Origin: Candidatus Scatovivens faecipullorum
Lineage (GTDB): Bacteria > Bacillota > Clostridia > TANB77 > CAG-508
Direction of reading: 5' to 3'
Assembly (NCBI GenBank): GCA_018715625.1
Contig: DVLG01000054.1
Location: forward strand, 4,160-68,159
DNA: 64,000 nt
Shown here: positions 20,982-31,673 of the stretch, piece after piece
Position numbering within the stretch: position 1 is the stretch's first letter
Layout of the letters: every line of letters starts with the position of its first letter
Notes under the pieces: generated by a model
Told to the model about the DNA's origin: nothing
The model's database searches: none
Seen by the model: only the letters and a program-made list of their open reading frames with translations
Made by a program: the position numbers and the translations under genes

Positions 20982-21221
20982 TTATACATTTTCTTTGATG
21001 TATTCAACAACATCTCCAACTGATACAACTTTTTCTGCATCAGAATCTGGAATTTCCATATCAAATTCTTCTTCTAAAGCCATAACTAATTCAACTATAT
21101 CTAAAGAATCTGCACCTAGGTCATCTATAAAAGATGCTTCCATTGTTACTGAAGCTTCAGCAACTCCTAGTTGTTCAACTATAATTGCTTTAACTTTTTC
21201 AAAAACTTCCTCTGTACTCAT
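20982..21221 (-). CDS. acpP: Acyl carrier protein
   Basis: 79 aa with the [20 protein letters not shown] phosphopantetheine site. Confidence 0.9.
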   Translation of the reverse strand: MSTEEVFEKVKAIIVEQLGVAEASVTMEASFIDDLGADSLDIVELVMALEEEFDMEIPDSDAEKVVSVGDVVEYIKENV

Positions 21222-21300
21222 TTATGTTATACCTCCTTTTCTTTTCTCTAAAATTTATATTTTAGTTTTATTATATGTTTAATAAAAAGTCAAGTGTTTT

Positions 21301-22320
21301 TTACCTTTTTTCAAACTCTTCTTTCATTTTCTCTACAGCTCCACTTTTTACAAAGTTTTCTGCTTGTTTTAATGTAAAATAAAATAGATACTCATCACTA
21401 CTTCCATGTGCTTTGACTACGGGCTTTTTTACACCTAAAAATAATGCACCACCATATTCTTTGTAATCAACCTCTTTAGAAAATCGTTTTATTGCTGGTA
21501 AAGATGGAATTGCTCCTATTAATGAAAAAATATTTTTCTTTAAACTTTCAGTTAATGTTCTTTTTACAAGTTTTCCTAAACCTTCTGTAGTTTTTAAGAA
21601 TACATTTCCTGTAAAACCATCTGTTATAACAGCATCAACTTCTCCTGAAAAGCAATCTCTACCTTCTATATTTCCTATAAAATTAATACCATATTCTTTA
21701 CCATGTTCTTTTAATATGCTATAAGTTTCTTTAACTAAATCATTACCTTTAGTTTCTTCTGTTCCAATGTTTAATAAACCTATTTTTGGACTTTCAATAC
21801 CAAAAGTATTTTTCAAATATATTGTAGACATTTGTGCAAATTGAACTAAATTTATTGGTTTACAATTTGTATTTGCTCCTGCATCCATTAGCATAAAACT
21901 TTTTTTATAAGCTGGTAACATTGGTGCTATTGCTGGTCTATCAATGCCCTTGATTCTTCCAACTAAAAGAGTAGCTCCTGTAAGTAATGCTCCAGAATTT
22001 CCAGCAGATATAAATACATCTCCTTCACCTTCTTTTAGCATTTTAAATCCTATTACCATAGAAGAATCTTTTTTATGTTTTATCGCAACAGTTGGAACAT
22101 CTTCCATTGTAATTTGATCTTGAGCATGTTTAATTGTAATTTTATCAGTTATATCTGATATTTTATCTTTTCCATAAAATTCTTTTATTTTTTCATTTAT
22201 AACTTGTTCATTTCCAATTAAAATAATTTCAGATTCTATTTCTTTTGCTGCTCTTATTGCTCCTTTAATTGTTGCATCTGGTGCATTATCACCACCCATG
22301 GCATCTAATAATATTTTCAA
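21301..22320 (-). CDS. plsX: Phosphate acyltransferase PlsX
   Basis: 339 aa with MGGDNAP, GNSGA and HGSS motifs. Confidence 0.9.
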   Translation of the reverse strand: MKILLDAMGGDNAPDATIKGAIRAAKEIESEIILIGNEQVINEKIKEFYGKDKISDITDKITIKHAQDQITMEDVPTVAIKHKKDSSMVIGFKMLKEGEGDVFISAGNSGALLTGATLLVGRIKGIDRPAIAPMLPAYKKSFMLMDAGANTNCKPINLVQFAQMSTIYLKNTFGIESPKIGLLNIGTEETKGNDLVKETYSILKEHGKEYGINFIGNIEGRDCFSGEVDAVITDGFTGNVFLKTTEGLGKLVKRTLTESLKKNIFSLIGAIPSLPAIKRFSKEVDYKEYGGALFLGVKKPVVKAHGSSDEYLFYFTLKQAENFVKSGAVEKMKEEFEKR

Positions 22321-22434
22321 GTGTATACCCCCTAAATTTTCATTTATTAGACATTACTATTTTAAAGTCTTTTATAAAAAAAATCAATACTTTTGTCATA
22401 ATTTGACCATTAAGTCAATTTTATATTTTGCATT

Positions 22435-23211
22435 TTATCTATTTACTTTAAATTTATATTCGTCAAATGGAAAAGTATTAATAAGTACTTCTTTTGATTT
22501 TAGTTCTTTTTGAAGTTGATTAACAATTTTGAAATCATCTACATATATAATTGTAAAATCAGTTGGTTTACTTTCTAAAATACACTCTTGAATATCATCA
22601 TATATTTCTACATATATATTTTCAATATAAGCATATTTCATTATTTTTTTATATTCTTCTTTGTATTTTGATTTATCCATAAAAAGTTTTATATATCCGT
22701 AATTATTATACTCAACTTGCTTTTTGAAGAAAGTTTTAAATCTTTCAAATTCAAAATAATCACCAATATACACAATTTTATTGAAATATTTTTCATTATC
22801 TCTTAAATATATCTCATTATAATTAGGCTTATAGTTTATCCATTGATTTCTAATTTTACAATTTCTCATGCTTTCTAATATTATAGTAATTAATATCTCA
22901 TTTATAACCTTATTACCACTAATACATAACGTTATTTTATTATTATAAATAATAGAGTCTATAATATATGTTATAGTTATTTCTGGTTTTCCTGAATAAC
23001 AAACAGCTATACTTTTATTTTCAGGCTTATGCACTTCTTCTGAAATTTTTTCAAAATTCTTTAATATTTCTTTTAGTTTATCAATGTGAACAGAATTGCC
23101 TTTACTTAATTCTTCTTTTATAGCTTCATCTAATATTTTTTTATTTTTTTTAATCCCGCTATTAATTTCTTCTAATATTTTTTTAAATTCTACACTTTCC
23201 ATTTTCTTCAT
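22435..23211 (-). CDS. Hypothetical protein, 258 aa
   Basis: Long ORF co-oriented with its neighbours. No motif I can assign. Confidence 0.45.
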   Translation of the reverse strand: MKKMESVEFKKILEEINSGIKKNKKILDEAIKEELSKGNSVHIDKLKEILKNFEKISEEVHKPENKSIAVCYSGKPEITITYIIDSIIYNNKITLCISGNKVINEILITIILESMRNCKIRNQWINYKPNYNEIYLRDNEKYFNKIVYIGDYFEFERFKTFFKKQVEYNNYGYIKLFMDKSKYKEEYKKIMKYAYIENIYVEIYDDIQECILESKPTDFTIIYVDDFKIVNQLQKELKSKEVLINTFPFDEYKFKVNR

Positions 23212-23240
23212 TCCTTTTCTATCTTTTTTAAGATCTTATA

Positions 23241-25193
23241 TTATCTATTTTCTAGAAGTTCCTGATAGTTGCTTACTACCTTTTGATGCCATTTTTCTGT
23301 ATTTTCTTTTTCAAAATTTGCTCTTGGATTTAATGTTAAAATTTTACTTTCTATATTTTTAACCCAATTCATAGTATGAGCTACTCTTCTCACATGTTTA
23401 CTATCATGTATTAATTGTTGTTTATTTCTCTTTTCACAAAAGTCTTTTGCAAGTCCTATTGGAAAAATATAAGTTGCATTCTCGATTGCTGGAATTAACC
23501 TATCTTTTTCATCTTTTTTATATACAACTTCTCCTTCTTTATTTCTAGTAACTTCATAAAATTTTTCTAAAATTGCTACTCTTTTATCAGGTACAATTAT
23601 TAGTTGATAGCCATCTAAAGAATTTCTTTTTGCTGATCCATCAGCCTTTCTTGCAGAATCATCTTGCATCAAAGGTTGTCCCTTTATAAAAATATCTTTT
23701 ATGTCTCCAATGCTTTTTAAATATTCTTTTCTTACTCTAGGATCTATTGTTACACCTTTACCACTTAAATTAGTTGATGATTCTACCATATTTGTGGCAT
23801 CTGAATAGTTTCTCTTTCCATTCTCAGTTTCATTTAAAAGTTGCTTAACTTTAAAATCATTCATGATTTCATCTAGATATTGTCTATCATTTTCTGAAAT
23901 ATAACCTTTATCTTTTAAAATATCTAAAAATTGCATAGATTGGTTAAAGTCTAATACTTCATGTGTTAGAAGTTCAGCAATCTTTTTAATATTAAAAACA
24001 TAATTAAAAGATATCTTATTAAATACTTCATCTGGAATTTGTTCTTCCATTTCAATATTAGGAATAACTGATGATTCTAATTCATCTATTGATATACTAC
24101 CTTTGCTATATAATAATAATTTACTACTAAAAGATACTTTTGATTTTTTTATTATATTAGAAACATTATTTTCTTTAAATACTTTTTTTAAATCTTCTTG
24201 GTCAAATACTCCTTGATAGAAAAGGTCGATAGCATAATTAGGATCCATATTATTTTTATTAATAATATTAATTATAGTCCATTTATCTATTATTCCTTTT
24301 TTTAAGAATTCTCCTAATTTCTCAGGTCTTATTCCATCTTCGAAAACTTTTCCGCTTCTTACAAATTTATGTAATTCATCACTTGAAAATCTTTCTTTAC
24401 TAGAATTCCTTTCTTGTCCTCTTGCTGAATAAACTCCAGAAATAGTAGAAACTCTATTTTTATTTTTAGCTTGTAATTCTCTATCTGCAATTAAAATTGT
24501 TTCAATTAAATCTTCCTTTAAGCTTTCTACACTATCATGAAATTGTAATGAAATTTTATTTTCATTTATTGTAATAATTTCTCCATTTTCAAAACAAAAT
24601 TCATTATAACCTTTATGTTGCCCTTGCTTGGCAGATTTAATCCAATCTAAATACTTTTTTGCAAGCATAGCATTATATAAAATAAAACTATCTGGATTTA
24701 TTGCACTTGCATTATCCTTTAATAATTCTTTTATTGTTTTTGCATTTTGACGTGTCACATAAGAATCTGAATCTTTCCTTAAAAAAATTCCTTTCTCCTC
24801 TTTAGTTAACATTTTAATTTTTTTTGATAAATCTTCTTTTTCTTTTATTAAATTATGAAATCTTGTTAAGATTTGATCTGTATCAGCATTTGAAACTCTT
24901 TTTTGCAAATCAGATAAGATTGATTTTATTTCTTCATCAACTTCTAAACTTCTTTTTTCTGTTTTAGAAAATCTCATTTCAATATTATTTGCCATTTTCT
25001 GTATTTCATTTGCTCTTTCAAGTAATCTTTCTCCTATTAGCATTTCTTCATAACTTTTACTCATTTTTTCATGTAATTTTTGAGAAATTAAAGTTCTATT
25101 TTTAGGTTTATCTATAAAAAATACTAAATCACTTGGATGAATATAAAAATCAAATTGTTCTATGTCTAAAATTTCTTTTATGCTTTTTTTCAT
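23241..25193 (-). CDS. Hypothetical protein, 650 aa, K/E-rich, no signal peptide
   Basis: Long ORF preceded by a TTTACA-17-TAAAAT promoter-like element and a GGAGAG RBS. No recognisable family. Confidence 0.5.
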   Translation of the reverse strand: MKKSIKEILDIEQFDFYIHPSDLVFFIDKPKNRTLISQKLHEKMSKSYEEMLIGERLLERANEIQKMANNIEMRFSKTEKRSLEVDEEIKSILSDLQKRVSNADTDQILTRFHNLIKEKEDLSKKIKMLTKEEKGIFLRKDSDSYVTRQNAKTIKELLKDNASAINPDSFILYNAMLAKKYLDWIKSAKQGQHKGYNEFCFENGEIITINENKISLQFHDSVESLKEDLIETILIADRELQAKNKNRVSTISGVYSARGQERNSSKERFSSDELHKFVRSGKVFEDGIRPEKLGEFLKKGIIDKWTIINIINKNNMDPNYAIDLFYQGVFDQEDLKKVFKENNVSNIIKKSKVSFSSKLLLYSKGSISIDELESSVIPNIEMEEQIPDEVFNKISFNYVFNIKKIAELLTHEVLDFNQSMQFLDILKDKGYISENDRQYLDEIMNDFKVKQLLNETENGKRNYSDATNMVESSTNLSGKGVTIDPRVRKEYLKSIGDIKDIFIKGQPLMQDDSARKADGSAKRNSLDGYQLIIVPDKRVAILEKFYEVTRNKEGEVVYKKDEKDRLIPAIENATYIFPIGLAKDFCEKRNKQQLIHDSKHVRRVAHTMNWVKNIESKILTLNPRANFEKENTEKWHQKVVSNYQELLENR

Positions 25194-25274
25194 AAATCTC
25201 TCCTGTAAAAACCATTATATAAATATATTTTATACAAAAAAACATACATTGTAAATACTAATTGTTTATAATTT

Positions 25275-25312
25275 AAAACAAAAAAGATAGAGCTATAATG
25301 CTCTATCTTTTT
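25275..25312 (-). terminator. Strong rho-independent terminator ending the str operon after tuf
   Basis: Stem AAAGATAGAGC / GCTCTATCTTT with a U-run on the minus-strand transcript. A-run and T-run flank both sides. Confidence 0.8.
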
Positions 25313-25331
25313 ATTTACTTTATTTAATAAA

Positions 25332-26534
25332 TTATTCGATTATGTCAGAAACTACACCTGAACCAACTGTTCTACCACCTTCACGGATAGCGAATCTTAA
25401 TCCTTTTTCGATAGCAATTGGTGTAATTAATTCTATTGTCATAGAAACGTTATCTCCTGGCATTACCATTTCTACACCTGCTGGTAAGTCAATAACACCT
25501 GTAACGTCTGTTGTTCTGAAATAGAATTGTGGTCTATATCCATTAAAGAATGGTGTATGTCTTCCACCTTCTTCTTTTGTTAGAACATAAACTTCTGATT
25601 TGAATTTTGTATGTGGATGTATTGATCCTGGTTTAGATATAACTTGACCTCTTTCGATGTCTTTTCTATCAATACCTCTTAAAAGTACACCTATATTATC
25701 TCCAGCTTCTGCTTGATCTAATAATTTTCTAAACATTTCAACACCAGTAACAACTGTTTTTCTTCTTTCTGTTGATAAACCAACTATTTCAACTTCATCT
25801 TGTAATTTAACAACTCCTCTTTCTACTCTACCTGTAGCAACTGTTCCTCTACCTGTAATTGTGAATACGTCTTCAACAGGCATTAAGAAGTCTTGATCTG
25901 TTGGTCTTTCTGGAGTTGGGATATAACTATCTATAGCATCCATTAATTCTTTCATTGGTTTGTATACTTCATCATTAGGATCTGTAGATGTTGATTCTAA
26001 TACTTTTAATGAAGAACCTTTAACAATTGGAATCTCATCTCCTGGGAAATCATATTTAGATAATAAATCTCTAACTTCCATTTCAACTAATTCTAATAAT
26101 TCTGGATCATCAACCATATCGCATTTATTTAAGTAAACAACGATATATTTAACTCCAACTTGTCTTGCAAGTAAGATATGCTCTCTTGTTTGAGGCATTG
26201 GTCCATCTGCTGCAGATACAACTAATACTGCACCATCCATTTGAGCAGCACCTGTAATCATGTTTTTAACATAATCAGCGTGTCCTGGGCAGTCAACGTG
26301 TGCATAATGTCTTTTTTCTGTTTCATATTCAACGTGAGCTGTATTAATTGTTATACCTCTTGCTTTTTCTTCTGGAGCTCCATCGATTTGATCATAAGCT
26401 TCATATTTTGCTTGTCCTAATAAGCTTAAGTATTTTGTAATAGCAGCTGTTGTTGTTGTTTTTCCATGGTCAACATGTCCGATTGTACCAATGTTAACGT
26501 GTGGTTTTGTTCTTTCAAATTTAGCTTTAGCCAT
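25332..26534 (-). CDS. tuf: Elongation factor Tu
   Basis: [14 protein letters not shown] and NKCD motifs. 400 aa. Confidence 0.97.
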   Translation of the reverse strand: MAKAKFERTKPHVNIGTIGHVDHGKTTTTAAITKYLSLLGQAKYEAYDQIDGAPEEKARGITINTAHVEYETEKRHYAHVDCPGHADYVKNMITGAAQMDGAVLVVSAADGPMPQTREHILLARQVGVKYIVVYLNKCDMVDDPELLELVEMEVRDLLSKYDFPGDEIPIVKGSSLKVLESTSTDPNDEVYKPMKELMDAIDSYIPTPERPTDQDFLMPVEDVFTITGRGTVATGRVERGVVKLQDEVEIVGLSTERRKTVVTGVEMFRKLLDQAEAGDNIGVLLRGIDRKDIERGQVISKPGSIHPHTKFKSEVYVLTKEEGGRHTPFFNGYRPQFYFRTTDVTGVIDLPAGVEMVMPGDNVSMTIELITPIAIEKGLRFAIREGGRTVGSGVVSDIIE

Positions 26535-26616
26535 TTTAAAATCCTCCTTTAATATTTGAGATTTCTCTCGATTATTTATTTAATTTTTAAATTTAATGAC
26601 TTTTACAATCACTTGC

Positions 26617-26645
26617 ATTTTACACTATAAATATTAAAAATGCAA
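26617..26645 (-). promoter_or_regulatory. Putative internal sigma-A promoter for tuf
   Basis: Minus-strand TTGCAT, 17 nt, TAAAAT in the 205-nt fusA-tuf spacer. Confidence 0.4.
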
Positions 26646-26739
26646 GTCTTTTTATAATTTTCTTTATATAGAAGAAAATTTATTTTTCTTCTATATAAAG
26701 TTTATTTTTAAATAAAAATTTTGATTAATCTTTAAATCA

Positions 26740-28824
26740 TTAATCTTCTTTTTTTGCTCTTGAAGCTACAATTGTTTCAAGAATTGATTTTGGAACTTCT
26801 TCATAATGAGATGGTTCCATAGAATATGTTCCTCTACCTTGTGTTTTAGAACGTAAATCTGTTGCATATCCAAACATTTCAGAAAGTGGAATAAGTGCAT
26901 GAATTTCTTGCATTCCATCTGCTCCATCCATTCCTTCCATTCTTCCACGTCTTGAGTTAACATCTCCTATAACATCTCCCATATATTCTTCTGGAACTGT
27001 TATTTCAACTTTCATAATAGGTTCTAATATAACTGATTTACCTTGTTTACATCCTTCTTTGAAAGCCATAGAACCAGCAATTTTGAATGCCATTTCTGAA
27101 GAGTCAACATCATGATATGATCCATCAACTAAAGTAGCTTTAAAGTCTATAACTGGATATCCAGCTAAAATACCACTTTCAGCAGCTTCTCTAATTCCTT
27201 CTTCAACTGGTTTAATATATTCTTTTGGAACAACACCACCAACAATTTTACTCTCAAATTGAATTCCTTTACCAGCTTCTAATGGTTCCATTTCTAGCCA
27301 TACATGACCATATTGTCCTCTACCACCAGATTGACGAATAAATTTACCTTCAACTCTAACTTTATTTCTAATTGTTTCTTTATATGCAACAGAAGGTTTA
27401 CCTACATTGCACTCTACTTTAAATTCTCTTTTTAATCTGTCAACAATTATATCTAAGTGTAACTCACCCATACCAGCAATAATTGTTTGACCTGTTTCAT
27501 GATTTGTATATGTTTTGAAAGTTGGATCTTCTTCAGCAAGTTTTGCTAAAGCAATTCCCATTTTTTCTTGAGCTGCTTTATCTTTAGGCTCAATAGCTAT
27601 ATCAATAACTGGTTCAGGGAATTCCATTGATTCAAGAATAATTGGATGATCAGGATCACATAATGTATTTCCTGTTGTAACTTCTTTTAATCCTACTGCT
27701 GCTGCAATATCTCCAGCATATACTTTATCAATATCTTCTCTATGGTTAGAATGCATTTGAAGTATTCTACCAATTCTTTCTTTTTTATCTTTACTTGAAT
27801 TTAAAACTGTTGAACCTGATTCTAATGTTCCTGAATAAACTCTAAAGAAACATAATTTTCCAACAAATGGGTCTGTAGCAATTTTAAATGCAAGTGCTGC
27901 AAATGGCTCAGAATCTGAAGTTTTTGCTTCAACTTCTTCTCCATCTAAAGTTGTTCCTTTAATGTGTGCAATATCAAGTGGTGAAGGCATATAATCAACA
28001 ACAGCATCAAGTAACTCTTGAACACCTTTGTTTTTATAAGAAGAACCACAAGTAACTGGAACTATTTTATTAGCGATTGTTCCAACTCTTAAACCTCTTT
28101 TAATTTCTTCGTTTGTTAGTTCTTCACCTTCAAGATATTTCATCATTAATTCTTCATCTTGTTCAGCAACTGCTTCTATCATTTTTTCACGATATTCTTT
28201 TGCTAAATCTTTCATATCTTCTGGTATATCTGTTTCTTCAACAACCTTACCTAAATCATCTTTATGAATAAAAGCTCTCATTTTAATTAAATCTACAATT
28301 CCTTGGAAATTATCTTCTGCTCCAATAGGTAATTGAATTGGAACAGCATTAGCTTTTAATCTATTTTTTAACTGATCTACGCAAAGCATAAAGTTTGCAC
28401 CAGTAATATCCATTTTATTTACATATACCATTCTTGGTACACTATATTTATCTGCTTGTCTCCAAACAGTTTCTGTTTGAGGTTGAACTCCACCTTTTGC
28501 TGCTAAAACTGTAACAGCTCCATCAAGAACTTTCAAAGATCTTTGTACTTCAACTGTAAAGTCAACGTGTCCTGGAGTATCAATTATATTGATTCTGTTA
28601 TTATTCCAAAAACATGTTGTACAAGCTGAAGTTATTGTAATACCTCTTTCTTGTTCTTGTGCCATCCAGTCCATAGTTGCAGCACCTTCGTGAACTTCAC
28701 CAATTTTATGAGTTTTTCCTGTATAGAAAAGTATTCTCTCTGTAGTTGTTGTTTTACCAGCATCTATGTGAGCCATTATTCCTATATTTCTTGTTCTCTC
28801 TAATGGGTATTGTCTTCCAGCCAC
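26740..28824 (-). CDS. fusA: Elongation factor G
   Basis: [14 protein letters not shown] and NKMD motifs. 694 aa. GTG start with an AGGAGG RBS. Confidence 0.97.
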   Translation of the reverse strand: MAGRQYPLERTRNIGIMAHIDAGKTTTTERILFYTGKTHKIGEVHEGAATMDWMAQEQERGITITSACTTCFWNNNRINIIDTPGHVDFTVEVQRSLKVLDGAVTVLAAKGGVQPQTETVWRQADKYSVPRMVYVNKMDITGANFMLCVDQLKNRLKANAVPIQLPIGAEDNFQGIVDLIKMRAFIHKDDLGKVVEETDIPEDMKDLAKEYREKMIEAVAEQDEELMMKYLEGEELTNEEIKRGLRVGTIANKIVPVTCGSSYKNKGVQELLDAVVDYMPSPLDIAHIKGTTLDGEEVEAKTSDSEPFAALAFKIATDPFVGKLCFFRVYSGTLESGSTVLNSSKDKKERIGRILQMHSNHREDIDKVYAGDIAAAVGLKEVTTGNTLCDPDHPIILESMEFPEPVIDIAIEPKDKAAQEKMGIALAKLAEEDPTFKTYTNHETGQTIIAGMGELHLDIIVDRLKREFKVECNVGKPSVAYKETIRNKVRVEGKFIRQSGGRGQYGHVWLEMEPLEAGKGIQFESKIVGGVVPKEYIKPVEEGIREAAESGILAGYPVIDFKATLVDGSYHDVDSSEMAFKIAGSMAFKEGCKQGKSVILEPIMKVEITVPEEYMGDVIGDVNSRRGRMEGMDGADGMQEIHALIPLSEMFGYATDLRSKTQGRGTYSMEPSHYEEVPKSILETIVASRAKKED

Positions 28825-28839
28825 TATTTTTTCCTCCTT

Positions 28840-29310
28840 TTACCATTTATAATGTGCAAAAGCTTTATTAGCTTCAGCCATTCTATGTGTATCTTCTTTC
28901 TTCTTGAATGCTCCACCATTTCCGTTTATAGCATCTATTATTTCTCCAGCTAGTTTTTCAGCCATTGTTTTTTCATGTCTTTTTCTAGCATAAGTTACAA
29001 GCCATCTTAAACCTAAAGTTTGTCTTCTTTCTGGTCTTATTTCTAATGGAACTTGGTATGTTGCTCCACCAACTCTTCTTGCTTTAACTTCAAGAACTGG
29101 CATTATATTTTCTAAAGCTGCTTCAAATACTTCTAATGGATCTTTTTGTTCTCTTTCTTTAATAATATCAAAAGCACCATATACTATACTTTGAGCAACT
29201 GATTTTTTACCATCTAACATTATATTATTTACTAATTTTGTAACAACTTTACTATTATATAATGGATCTGGTAATACATCTCTTTTTGCTATATATCCTT
29301 TTCTTGGCAC
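28840..29310 (-). CDS. rpsG: 30S ribosomal protein S7
   Basis: 156 aa, MPRKG...KAFAHYKW. Confidence 0.95.
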   Translation of the reverse strand: MPRKGYIAKRDVLPDPLYNSKVVTKLVNNIMLDGKKSVAQSIVYGAFDIIKEREQKDPLEVFEAALENIMPVLEVKARRVGGATYQVPLEIRPERRQTLGLRWLVTYARKRHEKTMAEKLAGEIIDAINGNGGAFKKKEDTHRMAEANKAFAHYKW

Positions 29311-29468
29311 TATACTTCCCTCCTTTAATTTTTTTAACTTCTGTACATAATACAGAAAGGTACTCTGGAAAGATTATTTCACTTTCCCGTAATAGTGCAA
29401 GAATTCTTTATTAAAATTTATATTCATAAAAAGAATATGCACTATTATCAATTAATAATTTTTAAATC

Positions 29469-29882
29469 TTATTTTTTTGGTCTTTTTGCACCATATTTAG
29501 ATCTAGCTTGCATTCTATCTTTAACACCAGCTGTATCTAAAGTACCTCTAATAATATGGTATCTAACACCAGGTAAGTCTTTTACTCTTCCACCTCTTAT
29601 AAGAACAACACTATGTTCTTGTAAGTTGTGTCCTACACCTGGAATATAAGATGTAACTTCATATCCATTTGAAAGCTTAACTCTGGCAACTTTTCTTAAA
29701 GCTGAGTTAGGTTTCTTAGGAGTAACTGTTTTAACAACTGTACATACACCTCTTTTTTGTGGCGCTCTATGATTTGTTTGAACTTTTTTTCTTGAGTTAT
29801 ATCCTTTTTGTAGTGCAGGAGCTGTAGATTTTGTTGTTGATGTTTGTCTTCCTTTTCTTACTAATTGATTAATTGTTGGCAT
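29469..29882 (-). CDS. rpsL: 30S ribosomal protein S12
   Basis: [12 protein letters not shown]...[10 protein letters not shown] motif. Confidence 0.95.
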   Translation of the reverse strand: MPTINQLVRKGRQTSTTKSTAPALQKGYNSRKKVQTNHRAPQKRGVCTVVKTVTPKKPNSALRKVARVKLSNGYEVTSYIPGVGHNLQEHSVVLIRGGRVKDLPGVRYHIIRGTLDTAGVKDRMQARSKYGAKRPKK

Positions 29883-29993
29883 TCTTCTTTTTCACCTCAT
29901 TTCTAAAATTTAATTTTTGAAAGCTTTAAAAACTTTCTTCTTAATATAATAAGATACGCTACAATGCAGGTTTCCCTAACAAATAGCGTATCT

Positions 29994-30022
29994 ATTTTAT
30001 CATCTTTGTAACATGTTGTCAA
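29994..30022 (-). promoter_or_regulatory. Sigma-A promoter of the str operon
   Basis: Minus-strand TTGACA, 17 nt, TAAAAT, about 110 nt upstream of rpsL. Confidence 0.6.
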
Positions 30023-30055
30023 TAGTTTCCAAAGTTAATTTTTAACTTAATTTTT

Positions 30056-30286
30056 TTACTCATTTACAACTTTATCTGTAACATATTTTATAATTTTTAT
30101 ATCTTCAACAAATTTTATAAAGGTTTTTCCATCTTCATCAATTCTTTGAAAAACTTTGGGAACAATAGGTTTTCTATCTGAACTTGCAAAATAATATTTT
30201 TCTCCTTCATATTCAATAATATCTACAATTATATATTTCTCGTTTTCTCCTAAAGTTACTTTTCCACCTATTTTAAATTCTTTCAT
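30056..30286 (-). CDS. Small hypothetical protein, 76 aa (weakly DUF1292-like)
   Basis: Starts 2 nt after the stop of the 446 aa gene. The ENEKYIIVDIIEYEGEKYYFA pattern resembles DUF1292. Confidence 0.45.
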   Translation of the reverse strand: MKEFKIGGKVTLGENEKYIIVDIIEYEGEKYYFASSDRKPIVPKVFQRIDEDGKTFIKFVEDIKIIKYVTDKVVNE

Positions 30287-30288
30287 AA

Positions 30289-31629
30289 TTATTCTCCTAT
30301 TTCTATATCATCTTGTATTCTTTCTAATTCAATTGGGTCTTTAACATAATTTTCTTTTACTTCTTCTGGCAATAGCTCATAAGCAATTTGCTTGTAATCT
30401 CTTAAATCTTTTTCTGAAATATTTTCAGAGTTTTCTCCCAATGATTTTGTTAAAATTTCTTCTAAAAACTTTTGACTTTCTTCTATTGAATTTATTGATT
30501 GATAATCTTCTAATTTTAAATTATTTTCTAAATATAATATATTTCCGACTGCCTTTATCCTTTCAGGATAATCACTACTTACAATAAGTTTTATTTCATA
30601 TCCTTTTTCCCTAGCACTATTTTTAGCTTCCACAACATCAGTTGAAATTGGATTTCTAACATAAGAATAACCTTCCTCCCATAAGCCAGGTAATGCTAGC
30701 GGTAGTAATTCATAAGCTAGTTGTCTATAATCTCTTTTCTGTTCTTCTGAAAATGAATTATATCTTTCTTCCCCAAAAGAATCTTTTACAATTTTCTCCA
30801 AGTTTTCTTGATCTTTCAATACATTTAATGAATTTTTAAATTCATTAAATGTCATTCCTTTTTCCTCATTCAATATTCTTAAATATCCATCTAAAAGCTC
30901 TGTATCATCTAAATTAGCAAATACATAACCATCTTTTTCTTTAACTTTTTCTAAAAATTTTTCTAAATTAGCTTCGTACATAGCTCTATCATTTTCATCA
31001 AGTGTTTCTATTGTTACTACTTCATTATCAGTAGGATTAGAAATTGTATTTTTTATTTCTCCTCCTATGTGACCTGCTAATGCTAAAGATCCTGCTAATA
31101 GTGAAGCTGCCAGTCCTATCTTAAACGCCTTCCATCCCTTTCTTAATCTAACATCATCTTTTGCATCTTCATATTCTTGAACTTCTTTATAAAATCTTCT
31201 TTCAGATCTTTTCTTTGCGTTTTTAGACATTTCTATTTCTTTTTCAGAAATAAAATCATAATCTTCTTCTATATCCTCATAAAGTCCCTTGTCTAACGCA
31301 TGTTGTAAAATAATTCTAGTTAACAAATTTCTCTTTTTAGGTTCTGTATATCTAGTTTTATGGAATAATTTTTTTTCAATTTGTTTACTTATACTTGCAA
31401 TTCTTTTTTGTTTCTTCTTTTTATCACGAATTTGGGACTTTTGAAAGTTTTCAGTTCTTTTTGGACGTTTTATTTTTCTTCTAATTACCGTCTTTTTTTC
31501 ACTCATGGCAGAATCTTTATTTATTTTTTCAGAACCTCTTGTATTATTTGTTTTTTCTTCTTCTGATGTTTGAAGCATTTTTAAATAATCATCAAAAGAT
31601 TCAATTTCTATTGAGTTTTCCGTGCTCAT
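30289..31629 (-). CDS. Hypothetical bitopic membrane protein, 446 aa, with an internally repeated C-terminal domain
   Basis: Basic N-terminus (KKKKQKR). One TM (FKIGLAASLLAGSLALAGHIG). The motif RDY(R/K)Q(L/I)AYELLP occurs twice. Confidence 0.55.
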   Translation of the reverse strand: MSTENSIEIESFDDYLKMLQTSEEEKTNNTRGSEKINKDSAMSEKKTVIRRKIKRPKRTENFQKSQIRDKKKKQKRIASISKQIEKKLFHKTRYTEPKKRNLLTRIILQHALDKGLYEDIEEDYDFISEKEIEMSKNAKKRSERRFYKEVQEYEDAKDDVRLRKGWKAFKIGLAASLLAGSLALAGHIGGEIKNTISNPTDNEVVTIETLDENDRAMYEANLEKFLEKVKEKDGYVFANLDDTELLDGYLRILNEEKGMTFNEFKNSLNVLKDQENLEKIVKDSFGEERYNSFSEEQKRDYRQLAYELLPLALPGLWEEGYSYVRNPISTDVVEAKNSAREKGYEIKLIVSSDYPERIKAVGNILYLENNLKLEDYQSINSIEESQKFLEEILTKSLGENSENISEKDLRDYKQIAYELLPEEVKENYVKDPIELERIQDDIEIGE

Positions 31630-31673
31630 ATATGAGTCTCCTTTTACATAATATGTTTTTATATCAGTTATTT

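Noticed and set aside
22298-22513. 71 aa plus-strand ORF in the plsX upstream region.
   Set aside because: It overlaps the plsX start and the end of the 258 aa gene. The translation is low complexity and there is no RBS.
26766-26963. 65 aa same-strand ORF inside fusA.
   Set aside because: It is an out-of-frame reading within a highly conserved EF-G coding region.
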